Of a DNA stretch of 24,037 nucleotides, positions 1-7,706 are shown one piece after another. The stretch spans positions 1 to 24,037 of IMG/VR virus record IMGVR_UViG_3300027968_000018; one strand, written 5' to 3'. Origin of the DNA: a virus. Taxonomy: Duplodnaviria > Caudoviricetes. The notes beneath the pieces are model-generated. The model was not told the origin of the DNA, did not search any database, and saw nothing but the letters and a program-made list of their open reading frames with translations. The position numbers and the translations under genes are program-made. Positions within the stretch are counted from its first letter, which is position 1. Each line of letters begins with the position of its first letter.

Positions 1-513
1 TCCAATAGCTTGCAAGGTAAGAGCCATGTCTGTTCGATTCCAAAATTCATCTTGTTTTGTATGGCTAGTTTTAAAATTGACAATTTCAAGACCTCTCATG
101 GTTTCACGTATTACAGGAATATGGCCTCTTATATAGAAATCTTGTGCAATGGGAATTCGAAATTCCACATTCACAGCAACTGTTTTGTCCGGATTATATT
201 TTTGTTGGCGATGAAACAGGGTCAGCATTTCAAAAGCAAGCAATTCTTTTTTTCTTTTGGAAGCTTTAGAATCAAATTTAATATCATAGATATCATTTTG
301 ATCATACCAAATACTCGTAAACTTTTGCTTCATTTCCTCCATGCCAATTAGCTTTCCTTGATGCAGCATGAAATAAAAGTAGTTGATCGTGGATTTTACA
401 GCTTCACGCAAGCCATCATTTTCTGTTTTCTTAATAGGTAATCCTTGTTCTATAAAGTGATACCGTAAGGGGCAGGCTTTAAATTCATACAACTGATCAA
501 CACTGATTTCCAT
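1..513 (-). CDS. PD-(D/E)XK (RecB/AddB/Cas4-like) nuclease-fold protein with degenerate catalytic motif; runs off the left edge
   Basis: Not in the ORF track. Read manually: ATG at 513 after a GGAG RBS, open for 171 codons: MEISVDQLYEFKACPLRYHF...VNVEFRIPIAQDFYIRGHIPVIRETMRGLEIVNFKTS...DMALTLQAIG. The S-x-x-x-L-x-x-F-x-x-CP start and the E...RGxI...IVxFKT spacing match PDDEXK_1-type proteins. Confidence 0.8.
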   Translation of the reverse strand, partial: MEISVDQLYEFKACPLRYHFIEQGLPIKKTENDGLREAVKSTINYFYFMLHQGKLIGMEEMKQKFTSIWYDQNDIYDIKFDSKASKRKKELLAFEMLTLFHRQQKYNPDKTVAVNVEFRIPIAQDFYIRGHIPVIRETMRGLEIVNFKTSHTKQDEFWNRTDMALTLQAIG

Positions 514-712
514 ATGATTCATCTCCGTAATAATGAAACTCATCTAACATGATCATGCTGGTGTGAAAGCCATATAATTCAGCATTGTTGACAGGTTTGT
601 GTTTCAGTTGAATTGTTCCAGTTCCATTTAAACCAATTCTATTGATTTCTTTATGCCATTCTTTCATAATCATTTTCTTGTGTATCAAGAAATATTGCCC
701 CAGTAGCTCCAA
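497..712 (-). CDS. Hypothetical protein (71 aa)
   Basis: TTG start 8 nt after a strong AAAGGAGG RBS; stop overlaps the start region of the next gene. Confidence 0.6.
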   Translation of the reverse strand: MELLGQYFLIHKKMIMKEWHKEINRIGLNGTGTIQLKHKPVNNAELYGFHTSMIMLDEFHYYGDESYGNQC

Positions 713-727
713 GCAATAGACCTCCTT

Positions 728-1003
728 TTATTTTATCCTGGAGTATGTAATACTGCTGCCATTTTTAGATTCAATAACAGATTCTTTTAATGGTTCATAT
801 ATTGCTCTCCACATTAATGCTTCTAGATAGTGCCTTAGATCATTGCCCCTTCCCCTCGTTGCTAAAGAAAAAGAACTCATTTTTTTATTTGGATCAAATC
901 CCAGTTTTAATGGAATCCGATTTATAATAGAAGATGCATCTTGAAGGTAATTTGATAGAAATTCATCTCGTTGATCTCTTATGTATACTTTTAGTAGTTC
1001 CAT
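728..1003 (-). CDS. Hypothetical protein (91 aa)
   Basis: AAGGAG RBS before ATG; fills the operon slot. Confidence 0.7.
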   Translation of the reverse strand: MELLKVYIRDQRDEFLSNYLQDASSIINRIPLKLGFDPNKKMSSFSLATRGRGNDLRHYLEALMWRAIYEPLKESVIESKNGSSITYSRIK

Positions 1004-1022
1004 ATCTTCTCCTTATATTCAT

Positions 1023-1049
1023 TTGGAGCCCGAGAAAACCAGGCCCCAA
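1023..1049 (-). other. Intergenic GC-rich RNA hairpin without U-tract
   Basis: Minus strand TTGGGGCCTGG-TTTTC-TCGGGCTCCAA pairs using G-U wobbles and lies just before the next RBS. Confidence 0.5.
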
Positions 1050-1057
1050 TGATTTTA

Positions 1058-1327
1058 TTAATTTAACAATTGCTGCTGGATTTCTTCAAATGTATTTGCA
1101 AATGCAAAATCAACAATGGCAATTCCCGCAGCATGTTTATGTGTTAAGTCTTCATTATATGTTTTTAAATAGTAATCCAATTTTTCATCGAAATTCGCTT
1201 TATGATTAATGATTACTTCAAACTCATCGGTATTAGGAATGGTCACAGCAATGCCAACAAATTGATATTCTTTGTTCTGAGCGGTTTCAAAAGCCTTTTT
1301 TAGATCTGTCAATGTGAGAATACGCAT
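1058..1327 (-). CDS. Phage-type hypothetical protein
   Basis: AAAAGGTG RBS before ATG at 1327 (MRILTL...). The EVIIN...NFDEKLDYYLKTYNEDL segment resembles small Firmicutes phage proteins (recalled, not searched). Confidence 0.75.
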   Translation of the reverse strand: MRILTLTDLKKAFETAQNKEYQFVGIAVTIPNTDEFEVIINHKANFDEKLDYYLKTYNEDLTHKHAAGIAIVDFAFANTFEEIQQQLLN

Positions 1328-1763
1328 GTTTAACACCTTTTAATCGCTGTTTTATCTTTTCTGCAAACAATTTTGTTTTTTGTATATCCTTACTCTGCGG
1401 ATATAATTCTACTTTTAATGTAACGGCTAGATTGGTTTTCTCTGCAAGCAAATCCTTAAATACATCCACTGCACCGCAAAATCGTGGATAGAATGTGTCG
1501 CCCGTTCCAAATACACCTGTGACGATATGCGACAGATCTTGTTTCAGAAATGCATCATATACTGGCTGCATTTCTTGTGGTATCTCACCATTCCCCCATG
1601 TATATGTACCAATGATAATTGCATCATACATAGGAAGTGCTTCTAAAGAAAAATGTTCCACAAGATGTAACTCACTATCTTCTAGTTCTTTATGGATATA
1701 TTGGGCGACACTTTCTGTATTTTTAGATGCTGACATCGAGCTATAAATAATAGCAATCTTCAT
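1287..1763 (-). CDS. Flavodoxin (RNR-associated)
   Basis: IIYSSMS..NTESVA FMN-phosphate loop, IIGTYTWGNGEIP, GVFGTGDTFYPRFCGAVD; directly downstream of the RNR beta gene. Confidence 0.93.
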   Translation of the reverse strand: MKIAIIYSSMSASKNTESVAQYIHKELEDSELHLVEHFSLEALPMYDAIIIGTYTWGNGEIPQEMQPVYDAFLKQDLSHIVTGVFGTGDTFYPRFCGAVDVFKDLLAEKTNLAVTLKVELYPQSKDIQKTKLFAEKIKQRLKGVKHAYSHIDRSKKGF

Positions 1764-1766
1764 TTT

Positions 1767-2819
1767 TTACAACTCATCAAAACCATTTGAAATAGAAACC
1801 TTTTGATAGGTGCGCGGTACATTTTCAAATTGGTCTGTCTTCGTGTTTGAGATCATATCATCATCAAACACCTGTATCCAAGGCATAACATTTTCACGTT
1901 CTGGATATAAATTCTTTAATCCTAGCTGGCGAAAACGTTTGTTAGCCAGATATTCAATGTACTCATTAAACTCATTTAAATCTAAACCATCAATATCTTT
2001 TAATACATCTGCTGCCCATTCTTTTTCTAATTCAACAGCTTCTGATATATTGTCATAAATATATTGAATATTTTCTTCTGTGTTTAATTCAGGGATTGTA
2101 TCCATTAAAATTCGAATAAGCTGTGCAACAAAATAAGCATGCTGCATTTCATCTTTTTGAATATAAGAAATCATAGTGGAAGAAGCCAGCATTTTTTGTC
2201 GTGATGCAAGGAAGTAGAAAAATGCAAAACCAGCATAAAAATAAATACCTTCAAGATTGATAGAATGAACCAATGTGCGAAATAGGTTTAATGGTGTTGG
2301 ATGATTCATAAATTCCTGATATTGATCCAAGATTAATTTGTTTCGTTTCGTTATAATGGGATCCTCTTTGATGTCATTAAAGGCTTTGTTTTGCTGTGAT
2401 AATGTCACAAGAGAACTTAGAATGTATGAATACGACTCAGTATGTACGGCTTCTTGTTGAGCAATGATAGCCATAATCATTCTAAATGCTGAATCAGAAA
2501 TCACATTCATAATATTTAACATGGTTGGAGTTTGTAAGCTATCCAGGCCTGCAAGTGCTGTGTTTACTCTTAGAAATGCGATTTGTTCTTCTTCTGTTAG
2601 ACGATCCCACATTTTAATATCATCTTGCATGTTTACATCAGATGCTTTCCAAAAGTTTGATAATAATGTTTCATATAATTTATACATTTGCGGGTAAGCA
2701 ATATCATTCCAGTTTAAAAGTCCTGAGAATTTTCCGCCGATAATAGCAGTAGTCTTGTTAGGCTCCTTCAGGCTCATAAGAGTTACAGGTTTTAATGGTT
2801 CATGGATATTAATTGTCAT
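1767..2819 (-). CDS. nrdB: Class I ribonucleotide reductase beta (R2) subunit
   Basis: Metal ligands LDSLQ, QEAVHTESY (radical Tyr), LEGIYFYAGF, KDEMQH. Start moved to ATG 2819 (MTINIHEP) behind AAAGGAGG. Confidence 0.95.
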   Translation of the reverse strand: MTINIHEPLKPVTLMSLKEPNKTTAIIGGKFSGLLNWNDIAYPQMYKLYETLLSNFWKASDVNMQDDIKMWDRLTEEEQIAFLRVNTALAGLDSLQTPTMLNIMNVISDSAFRMIMAIIAQQEAVHTESYSYILSSLVTLSQQNKAFNDIKEDPIITKRNKLILDQYQEFMNHPTPLNLFRTLVHSINLEGIYFYAGFAFFYFLASRQKMLASSTMISYIQKDEMQHAYFVAQLIRILMDTIPELNTEENIQYIYDNISEAVELEKEWAADVLKDIDGLDLNEFNEYIEYLANKRFRQLGLKNLYPERENVMPWIQVFDDDMISNTKTDQFENVPRTYQKVSISNGFDEL

Positions 2820-2835
2820 TGTAATTCCTCCTTTG

Positions 2836-2862
2836 TCTCCCGCTCTCATAATGAGCGGGAGA
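2836..2862. other. Perfect 10-bp inverted repeat between nrdA and nrdB
   Basis: TCTCCCGCTC-TCATAAT-GAGCGGGAGA; on the coding strand it is followed directly by the nrdB RBS, not by a U-tract. Confidence 0.7.
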
Positions 2863-2869
2863 ATTATTT

Positions 2870-5134
2870 TTAACTATGGCACATTTCACACTCTTCAATT
2901 TCAGATTGCGAGGTACTTCTAACATAGTAAGTGGTTTTTAATTTATTCTTCCATGCAGTAAGGTGAATATCTAAAAGATCTTTAGCTTTAATATCATGCC
3001 GCACATAAAGATTGAAACTAATAGCTTGGTCGATATGTCTTTGACGCTTGGCATTCTGAAGAATGCTCCACTTCTGGTCTAATTCATGGCGAGCCTTGCG
3101 ATAATAAGCATAGGTGTTATGATCCAGATCAGGAGCCGTTACTTTAAACTTAAAGTTCTTTTTCTCCTCTGCATATTCAACGGAATATAATGGATCAATA
3201 CCATCTGTAGAGTCACCGATTTTTGCTGTAGAAGAGTTTGGTGCTACAGCCATCAACCAGCCATTACGAAGTCCATTCTCTTTAATAGCTTGTTGTAATG
3301 TATTCCAACGATCTGAGTTATAACCTTTGCGTTTGAAGTATTCGCCGGTTTCCCATTCAGATCCCGGGAAAGCTGGATAAAATCCTTTTTCTTTTGCTAG
3401 TTCCATAGATGTTCGAATGGCGTAATAAGCAATGTCTTCATATAGTTCATCAGCCCGCTGTACAGCCTCATCTGACTCCCAATATATCTTTTCAAGAGCA
3501 AGCAAGTGGTGCCAGCCAAATGTGCCCAATCCAATGGCACGATATTTTTTATTTGTGTCCTGGGCTTGTGCAACTGGAAGTGTATTCAGGTCAATCACAT
3601 TATCAAGCATACGAACCTGAATCCGAATTAGTCTTTCTAACACATCTGCTTTCACTGCTTTAGGAAGGTTAATAGATGAAAGGTTGCATACTACAAAGTC
3701 ACCTGGTCGTCGTACAATATGATTGTAGCCACGTTCATCCTTATACTCTTCTACAATGATCGTTGGAGATTGGTTTTGGGCAATTTCAGTACATAAGTTG
3801 CTGCAGAAAATACTAGTGCGCCCTTTTCCTAATACATGTTTATTTGGGTTTTGTCTATTGACTTCATCCCGATAAAACATATAAGGAACACCTTTTTCAA
3901 GTTGAGACATCATAATGCGTGCCATAATATCCATGGCTCTGTACGTTTTACGTGGCAATAATGGATGGTTAACTGCTTCATTGTATTTTTCTGTGAAATA
4001 TTTGACATCTTCCTCATCATAGAAATCTTCTAATCCAAGAGGAACACCGTTTTCATCTTTCCATCCCATAAACTTCTTCACTTCATATGGACAAAAGGTG
4101 TGCCATTCTCCAATAGATCGTCCGTTTTCATCAACTTCTTGAAGCTTTTGCATGAATAAATCAGGGATTGCAACACCAGTAAAAATATCATGTGCTTTCA
4201 TGCGCTCGTCACCATTATTGGTTTTTAAATCGAGGAACCGCATGATATCCTTGCCAAATACATCATAATAGACGGCCATAGCACCTTGTCTTTGACCAAG
4301 CTGATCTACACTAACAGCTGTCTGATTCACTAATTTCATCCAAGGGACAATGCCGGATGAATTGCCTTCAAAGTCTTTAATAGCAGAACCTAATGATCGA
4401 ACTTTTCCATAGTAAATTCCGATACCACCTCCATCTTTTGATAGACGTGCAATATCCCAGTTGTTCATATAGATTCCATCCAGACTATCTTCAACCGTGT
4501 CAATAAAGCAAGAAGATAATTGTCCAAATGCTTTACCGCTGTTGGCTAGAGTTGGAGTAGCTACTGTCATATACAAATTACTTAATGCCCAGTATGCTTC
4601 TTTTACAAGATCCAAACGTTTCTCTTTTGATTCTTTCATCATTAAGGTCATGGCAATAACCATAAATCTTTCTTGAGGCAGCTCATAGACATTGCGCTTT
4701 TTATCTGTTGCAAGATAACGATCAGATAAAAGGAATAATCCAATATAATTAAATAACTTATCTAGTTCAGGATTCATAACTGATTGAAGTTCATCAATCT
4801 CTTGTTTTGTATAGTTTTTAAGAAGCAAAGGACTATAAACGTTAGCATCAGTTAGTGTTACCAGCAATTGATAAAAACTGCCATACTTTAAATCTGCATT
4901 GTAGCCACGGTTTTTACTTGCTTGGTGATATAAGTCATTTAACAGAAATTGTGCAGCTACATAGGTCCATTTTGGATCTCCCATATCTACAGAATTAAGT
5001 GCATAGAACATTCCTTGTTCATTTGCCTTTTCTGCATCTAGTGATTCGATTTTTTTCTTTAGCTTAGTGGTATCCAGACCATATTTAGTGGATGCCTCTT
5101 CAATTGTTTGTAAAACATCATTTATCAAACTCAT
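2870..5134 (-). CDS. nrdA: Class I ribonucleotide reductase alpha (R1) subunit
   Basis: ATPTLANSG, QLSSCF, GGGIG, SNLCTEI (thiyl Cys), VCNLSSINL, AVAPNSST, KTTYYVRS and C-terminal CEMC. Start set at ATG 5134 behind GAAAGGA. No intein or intron seen. Confidence 0.97.
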   Translation of the reverse strand: MSLINDVLQTIEEASTKYGLDTTKLKKKIESLDAEKANEQGMFYALNSVDMGDPKWTYVAAQFLLNDLYHQASKNRGYNADLKYGSFYQLLVTLTDANVYSPLLLKNYTKQEIDELQSVMNPELDKLFNYIGLFLLSDRYLATDKKRNVYELPQERFMVIAMTLMMKESKEKRLDLVKEAYWALSNLYMTVATPTLANSGKAFGQLSSCFIDTVEDSLDGIYMNNWDIARLSKDGGGIGIYYGKVRSLGSAIKDFEGNSSGIVPWMKLVNQTAVSVDQLGQRQGAMAVYYDVFGKDIMRFLDLKTNNGDERMKAHDIFTGVAIPDLFMQKLQEVDENGRSIGEWHTFCPYEVKKFMGWKDENGVPLGLEDFYDEEDVKYFTEKYNEAVNHPLLPRKTYRAMDIMARIMMSQLEKGVPYMFYRDEVNRQNPNKHVLGKGRTSIFCSNLCTEIAQNQSPTIIVEEYKDERGYNHIVRRPGDFVVCNLSSINLPKAVKADVLERLIRIQVRMLDNVIDLNTLPVAQAQDTNKKYRAIGLGTFGWHHLLALEKIYWESDEAVQRADELYEDIAYYAIRTSMELAKEKGFYPAFPGSEWETGEYFKRKGYNSDRWNTLQQAIKENGLRNGWLMAVAPNSSTAKIGDSTDGIDPLYSVEYAEEKKNFKFKVTAPDLDHNTYAYYRKARHELDQKWSILQNAKRQRHIDQAISFNLYVRHDIKAKDLLDIHLTAWKNKLKTTYYVRSTSQSEIEECEMCHS

Positions 5135-5158
5135 ATTCCTAAATCCTTTCATTTATTG

Positions 5159-5174
5159 ATGTAACGTGTTACAT
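5159..5174. promoter_or_regulatory. Palindromic operator-like site GTAAC-N2-GTTAC (copy 1)
   Basis: ATGTAACGTGTTACAT; the core starts 14 nt downstream of the -10 of the nrd promoter. Confidence 0.7.
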
Positions 5175-5186
5175 ACTGCATTTTAT

Positions 5187-5215
5187 ATTTTACTCCTAAA
5201 ATTTTTAGAATTCAA
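5187..5215 (-). promoter_or_regulatory. Sigma-A-type promoter of the nrd operon
   Basis: TTGAAT (5215-5210), 17-nt spacer, TAAAAT (5192-5187). Confidence 0.7.
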
Positions 5216-5257
5216 TATCTTGACAAAATAATAACCCTCTACATCAATATATAGAGG
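5210..5257. promoter_or_regulatory. Tandem NrdR-box-like sites
   Basis: Cores CAATATCTTG (5213-5222) and CAATATATAG (5245-5254) fit the CwAtATaTwG core of the NrdR box, start 32 bp apart and lie immediately upstream of nrdA. Confidence 0.7.
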
Positions 5258-5268
5258 GTTATTATTTT
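5225..5268 (-). terminator. Intrinsic terminator-like hairpin ending the replication operon (possibly bidirectional)
   Basis: 17-bp inverted repeat AAAATAATAACCCTCTA / TAGAGGGTTATTATTTT with a 10-nt loop, right after the stop at 5270. Confidence 0.7.
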
Positions 5269-5269
5269 T

Positions 5270-5755
5270 TTATAAATGAACATCCACAAAATCAAAACGA
5301 GCTATTTTATTCGCTAACGCAATAATGAAACCTGGCTGCCCGGGCCGTGGGTCTAAAGCTTTTGTGGGTGCATTGGAGCCTTCATGTGATTCAATGATAT
5401 CAATGATGCCTTCAATCACCGGCTTTTGTAAATCACTTTGAATTTCTTTAAAGTAATCCTTAGCAACTAATGGATGCAAGTGTTTGAGGTTTTCTGGTAA
5501 TTCATTGAGTGCAATATCTGAAAGAAGGACAGCTACAAGCATTAAATCACGCAATGCACCTTTGGTTCCTTCTGTGTCCAAAAATTCTTTGACAATCTTG
5601 AATACCTTTTTTGTATGGTTTACAACTTCTTCATCTTCATAAAAAGAAGGTTTCGTTAAGTTTAAAGCATTTTGCACAAACGTTTTGATATCAAGACTCT
5701 CAATTGATTCAATTTCATTTCGAAATGTTAATACAGCTTTTTGTACTTCCGTCAT
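5270..5755 (-). CDS. HD-domain-like protein with degenerate active site (HD to SD)
   Basis: VNHTKKV...DLMLVAVLLSDIA...HLHP...IIESHEG follows HD-fold motif order, but the HD dyad reads SD. Confidence 0.65.
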   Translation of the reverse strand: MTEVQKAVLTFRNEIESIESLDIKTFVQNALNLTKPSFYEDEEVVNHTKKVFKIVKEFLDTEGTKGALRDLMLVAVLLSDIALNELPENLKHLHPLVAKDYFKEIQSDLQKPVIEGIIDIIESHEGSNAPTKALDPRPGQPGFIIALANKIARFDFVDVHL

Positions 5756-5988
5756 TAAAATCTTCTCCCTTGTTTAAAATGATTTGCTTGATAGCATTTT
5801 TCATGAGCATTATTTTCTAATTCCCAGTCGTTGTACCATCTATTTTCAAAGTGTGTACTTTCTTGAGATGGTTGTTTAATATCCTTACCGCAATAACGGC
5901 AATAAACGGGATCATTGATTGATTTATAGGCTTGTTGCAAGGCAATTGCGGTAAAATCCATAGGAAAACCATTATGATTTTTCTTCAT
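5755..5988 (-). CDS. Small putative zinc-finger protein
   Basis: CRYC...HEKC ligand pattern; its TAA overlaps the next ATG (TAATG coupling). Confidence 0.7.
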   Translation of the reverse strand: MKKNHNGFPMDFTAIALQQAYKSINDPVYCRYCGKDIKQPSQESTHFENRWYNDWELENNAHEKCYQANHFKQGRRF

Positions 5989-6349
5989 CTAAATTCACCC
6001 TGCTTCTCTTAATAAACACACTTAAAACTTCATGTGTATGTAGTTTCGTGTTACATATTTGTCCATCTTGATTCAAAATGCAATTTTGACACTTCATATA
6101 CTTCGGATTGAAATTGCGACACTTGTAATCTAAAGGGCATTCTTCAAAGTCTGGACAGTTTACTTTATGTCGCGGCAAATTCAACATGTCTTCTTTGCTG
6201 ATAACAGTTTTTTTATCAAGCGATATTTTCCTTGATTGTTTTTGTTCTTGCTCATATAGATAAGCTTCACGCAGCTCTCCTCTTTCCGAACGAGTCAAAC
6301 CTCTTCCAGATGTGAAAGCTTTTTGTAAAATTTCATCACTTCTTTCCAT
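5972..6349 (-). CDS. Cys-rich hypothetical protein (possible Zn or Fe-S binding)
   Basis: CPDFEECPLDYKC...KCQNC...IC; AAGGGGAG RBS. Confidence 0.75.
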   Translation of the reverse strand: MERSDEILQKAFTSGRGLTRSERGELREAYLYEQEQKQSRKISLDKKTVISKEDMLNLPRHKVNCPDFEECPLDYKCRNFNPKYMKCQNCILNQDGQICNTKLHTHEVLSVFIKRSRVNLDEEKS

Positions 6350-6352
6350 TCT

Positions 6353-6691
6353 TTACTCCCCTTGTTCATCTGCTAATACAATACCTAATTGAAGACAATC
6401 ATTGAGTGTTAAATAAACTTTTTGTGTTCGATCTTCTGCCATTTCAGCTTCCTGGATCTTGCTTTCTAACCAAGTATTATTTTCTTGAAGCTCTGTAATG
6501 CGTTTTTGTAATGCAAGGCTTTGAGCAGGACGATTATCTTCTGTTCCTTTTCTTGGAGGATTGTTCCGCATATCATTTTGAAGATCATAATACTCTTTTT
6601 CTACTTCTCTCATTTCCATTTTGTTTGCTGTTATCTTTTCTTCCATAATTTTTTCTAATTCAGCTACAGTACGATGTGTTCCAATTAACAT
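6353..6691 (-). CDS. Coiled-coil hypothetical protein
   Basis: AAGGGAG RBS; E/K/L-rich heptad character. Confidence 0.75.
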   Translation of the reverse strand: MLIGTHRTVAELEKIMEEKITANKMEMREVEKEYYDLQNDMRNNPPRKGTEDNRPAQSLALQKRITELQENNTWLESKIQEAEMAEDRTQKVYLTLNDCLQLGIVLADEQGE

Positions 6692-6713
6692 AATATTATT
6701 ATCGCTCCCTTAA

Positions 6714-7142
6714 TTATATTTCTGGCGGAACATAAGTCTGTTCCAAGATAGCTAATGTATTTCCTTTTATATCAGCTATGTATCCTGTATGATTATTGAT
6801 AATATCTACCCCTAATGGATTTATATTGGTTTGATCAGAGATTAAACCAGTGGAAAATGTCTGATCTGTCTTTTGTCCATTAGTTGCAGTAAAAATCCAC
6901 TTATTCTTAATTCTTACACGGTCAAAATTAATATCCATATTGTTATTGCTATCCGTGAAGATAAAGGTGCCCATGCGGCTGTTGCTATTCATCAGTTCAT
7001 TATTTATATATTCAGAGATACTTAATTTAAATGTAAGGGATACATTGTTTATATCAATGGTGACTAAATTTAATATTTTGAAGTCCATTTCAATTCGGTG
7101 AGACTTATCAATATCAAAAAAATAGGAGTATAACATATTCAA
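6714..7142 (-). CDS. Hypothetical protein, predicted beta-rich
   Basis: ATGA overlap with the upstream gene and an AAAGGTGG RBS. Confidence 0.75.
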   Translation of the reverse strand: MNMLYSYFFDIDKSHRIEMDFKILNLVTIDINNVSLTFKLSISEYINNELMNSNSRMGTFIFTDSNNNMDINFDRVRIKNKWIFTATNGQKTDQTFSTGLISDQTNINPLGVDIINNHTGYIADIKGNTLAILEQTYVPPEI

Positions 7143-7486
7143 CCCACCTTTACGTGTAAAGTAACGTGAGAACTATCTTTCCAAGAATCTAATTCTGTTG
7201 CAATAGCTGCTTCCATATGGCCATATTCATCAAAATGAAAGATCGTGTTATCATCTTTATCAATTTTGACATCATTATAAATACCAAATGAGTGTCCTAT
7301 AAAATTGGCTTTTTCCATTTCTAGTTTAGTTAGTTCCAATAGTTGTGCTTGCATTTCATCTGATAGCTGTTGATATTGCTGTGTTAATTCATTAAGAATA
7401 TTTTGTATGTCTTCTTTTAATGTTAAATTCTTGTTAAGTCTTGCTTGTGCTAAAGCAAGCTGTTCACTTTCTGTCACTTGTTTCAC
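7139..7486 (-). CDS. Hypothetical protein with N-terminal coiled coil
   Basis: AAAGGA RBS and GTG start (alternative GTG at 7477); Q/L/E-rich helix. Confidence 0.7.
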   Translation of the reverse strand: MKQVTESEQLALAQARLNKNLTLKEDIQNILNELTQQYQQLSDEMQAQLLELTKLEMEKANFIGHSFGIYNDVKIDKDDNTIFHFDEYGHMEAAIATELDSWKDSSHVTLHVKVG

Positions 7487-7493
7487 TTCCTTT

Positions 7494-7694
7494 TTATGAT
7501 TTAAGATCTTCTTTTAGATATTCAATTAAATCATTTTGGTCAATTATGTCTTCCGTTAGTTTTTTATATTGCTCATTATATTTTTGAATAAGAGTAGCAA
7601 GCTTTACTTTTTGTGCAATAGCATTCTCAATATAGTCTGAAAGGTATTTTGCTTGCAATTCTGGAGTGGTGCTTTCTATTTTTATTTCTTCCAT
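7494..7694 (-). CDS. Small coiled-coil hypothetical protein
   Basis: AAGGGGGTG RBS before ATG. Confidence 0.7.
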   Translation of the reverse strand: MEEIKIESTTPELQAKYLSDYIENAIAQKVKLATLIQKYNEQYKKLTEDIIDQNDLIEYLKEDLKS

Positions 7695-7706
7695 GTTAAC
7701 ACCCCC

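Noticed and set aside
10-351. Plus-strand 113-aa ORF
   Set aside because: Antisense shadow of the PD-(D/E)XK-like gene; no RBS or recognisable motif.
1767-5134. Intron or intein in nrdA/nrdB, common in Bacillus phages
   Set aside because: Both frames are continuous, of normal length and show no splicing or homing-endonuclease motifs.
5220-5248. Perfect TTGACA on the plus strand as an antisense promoter
   Set aside because: No acceptable -10 hexamer at 16-18 nt spacing; the hexamer is part of the NrdR-like box.
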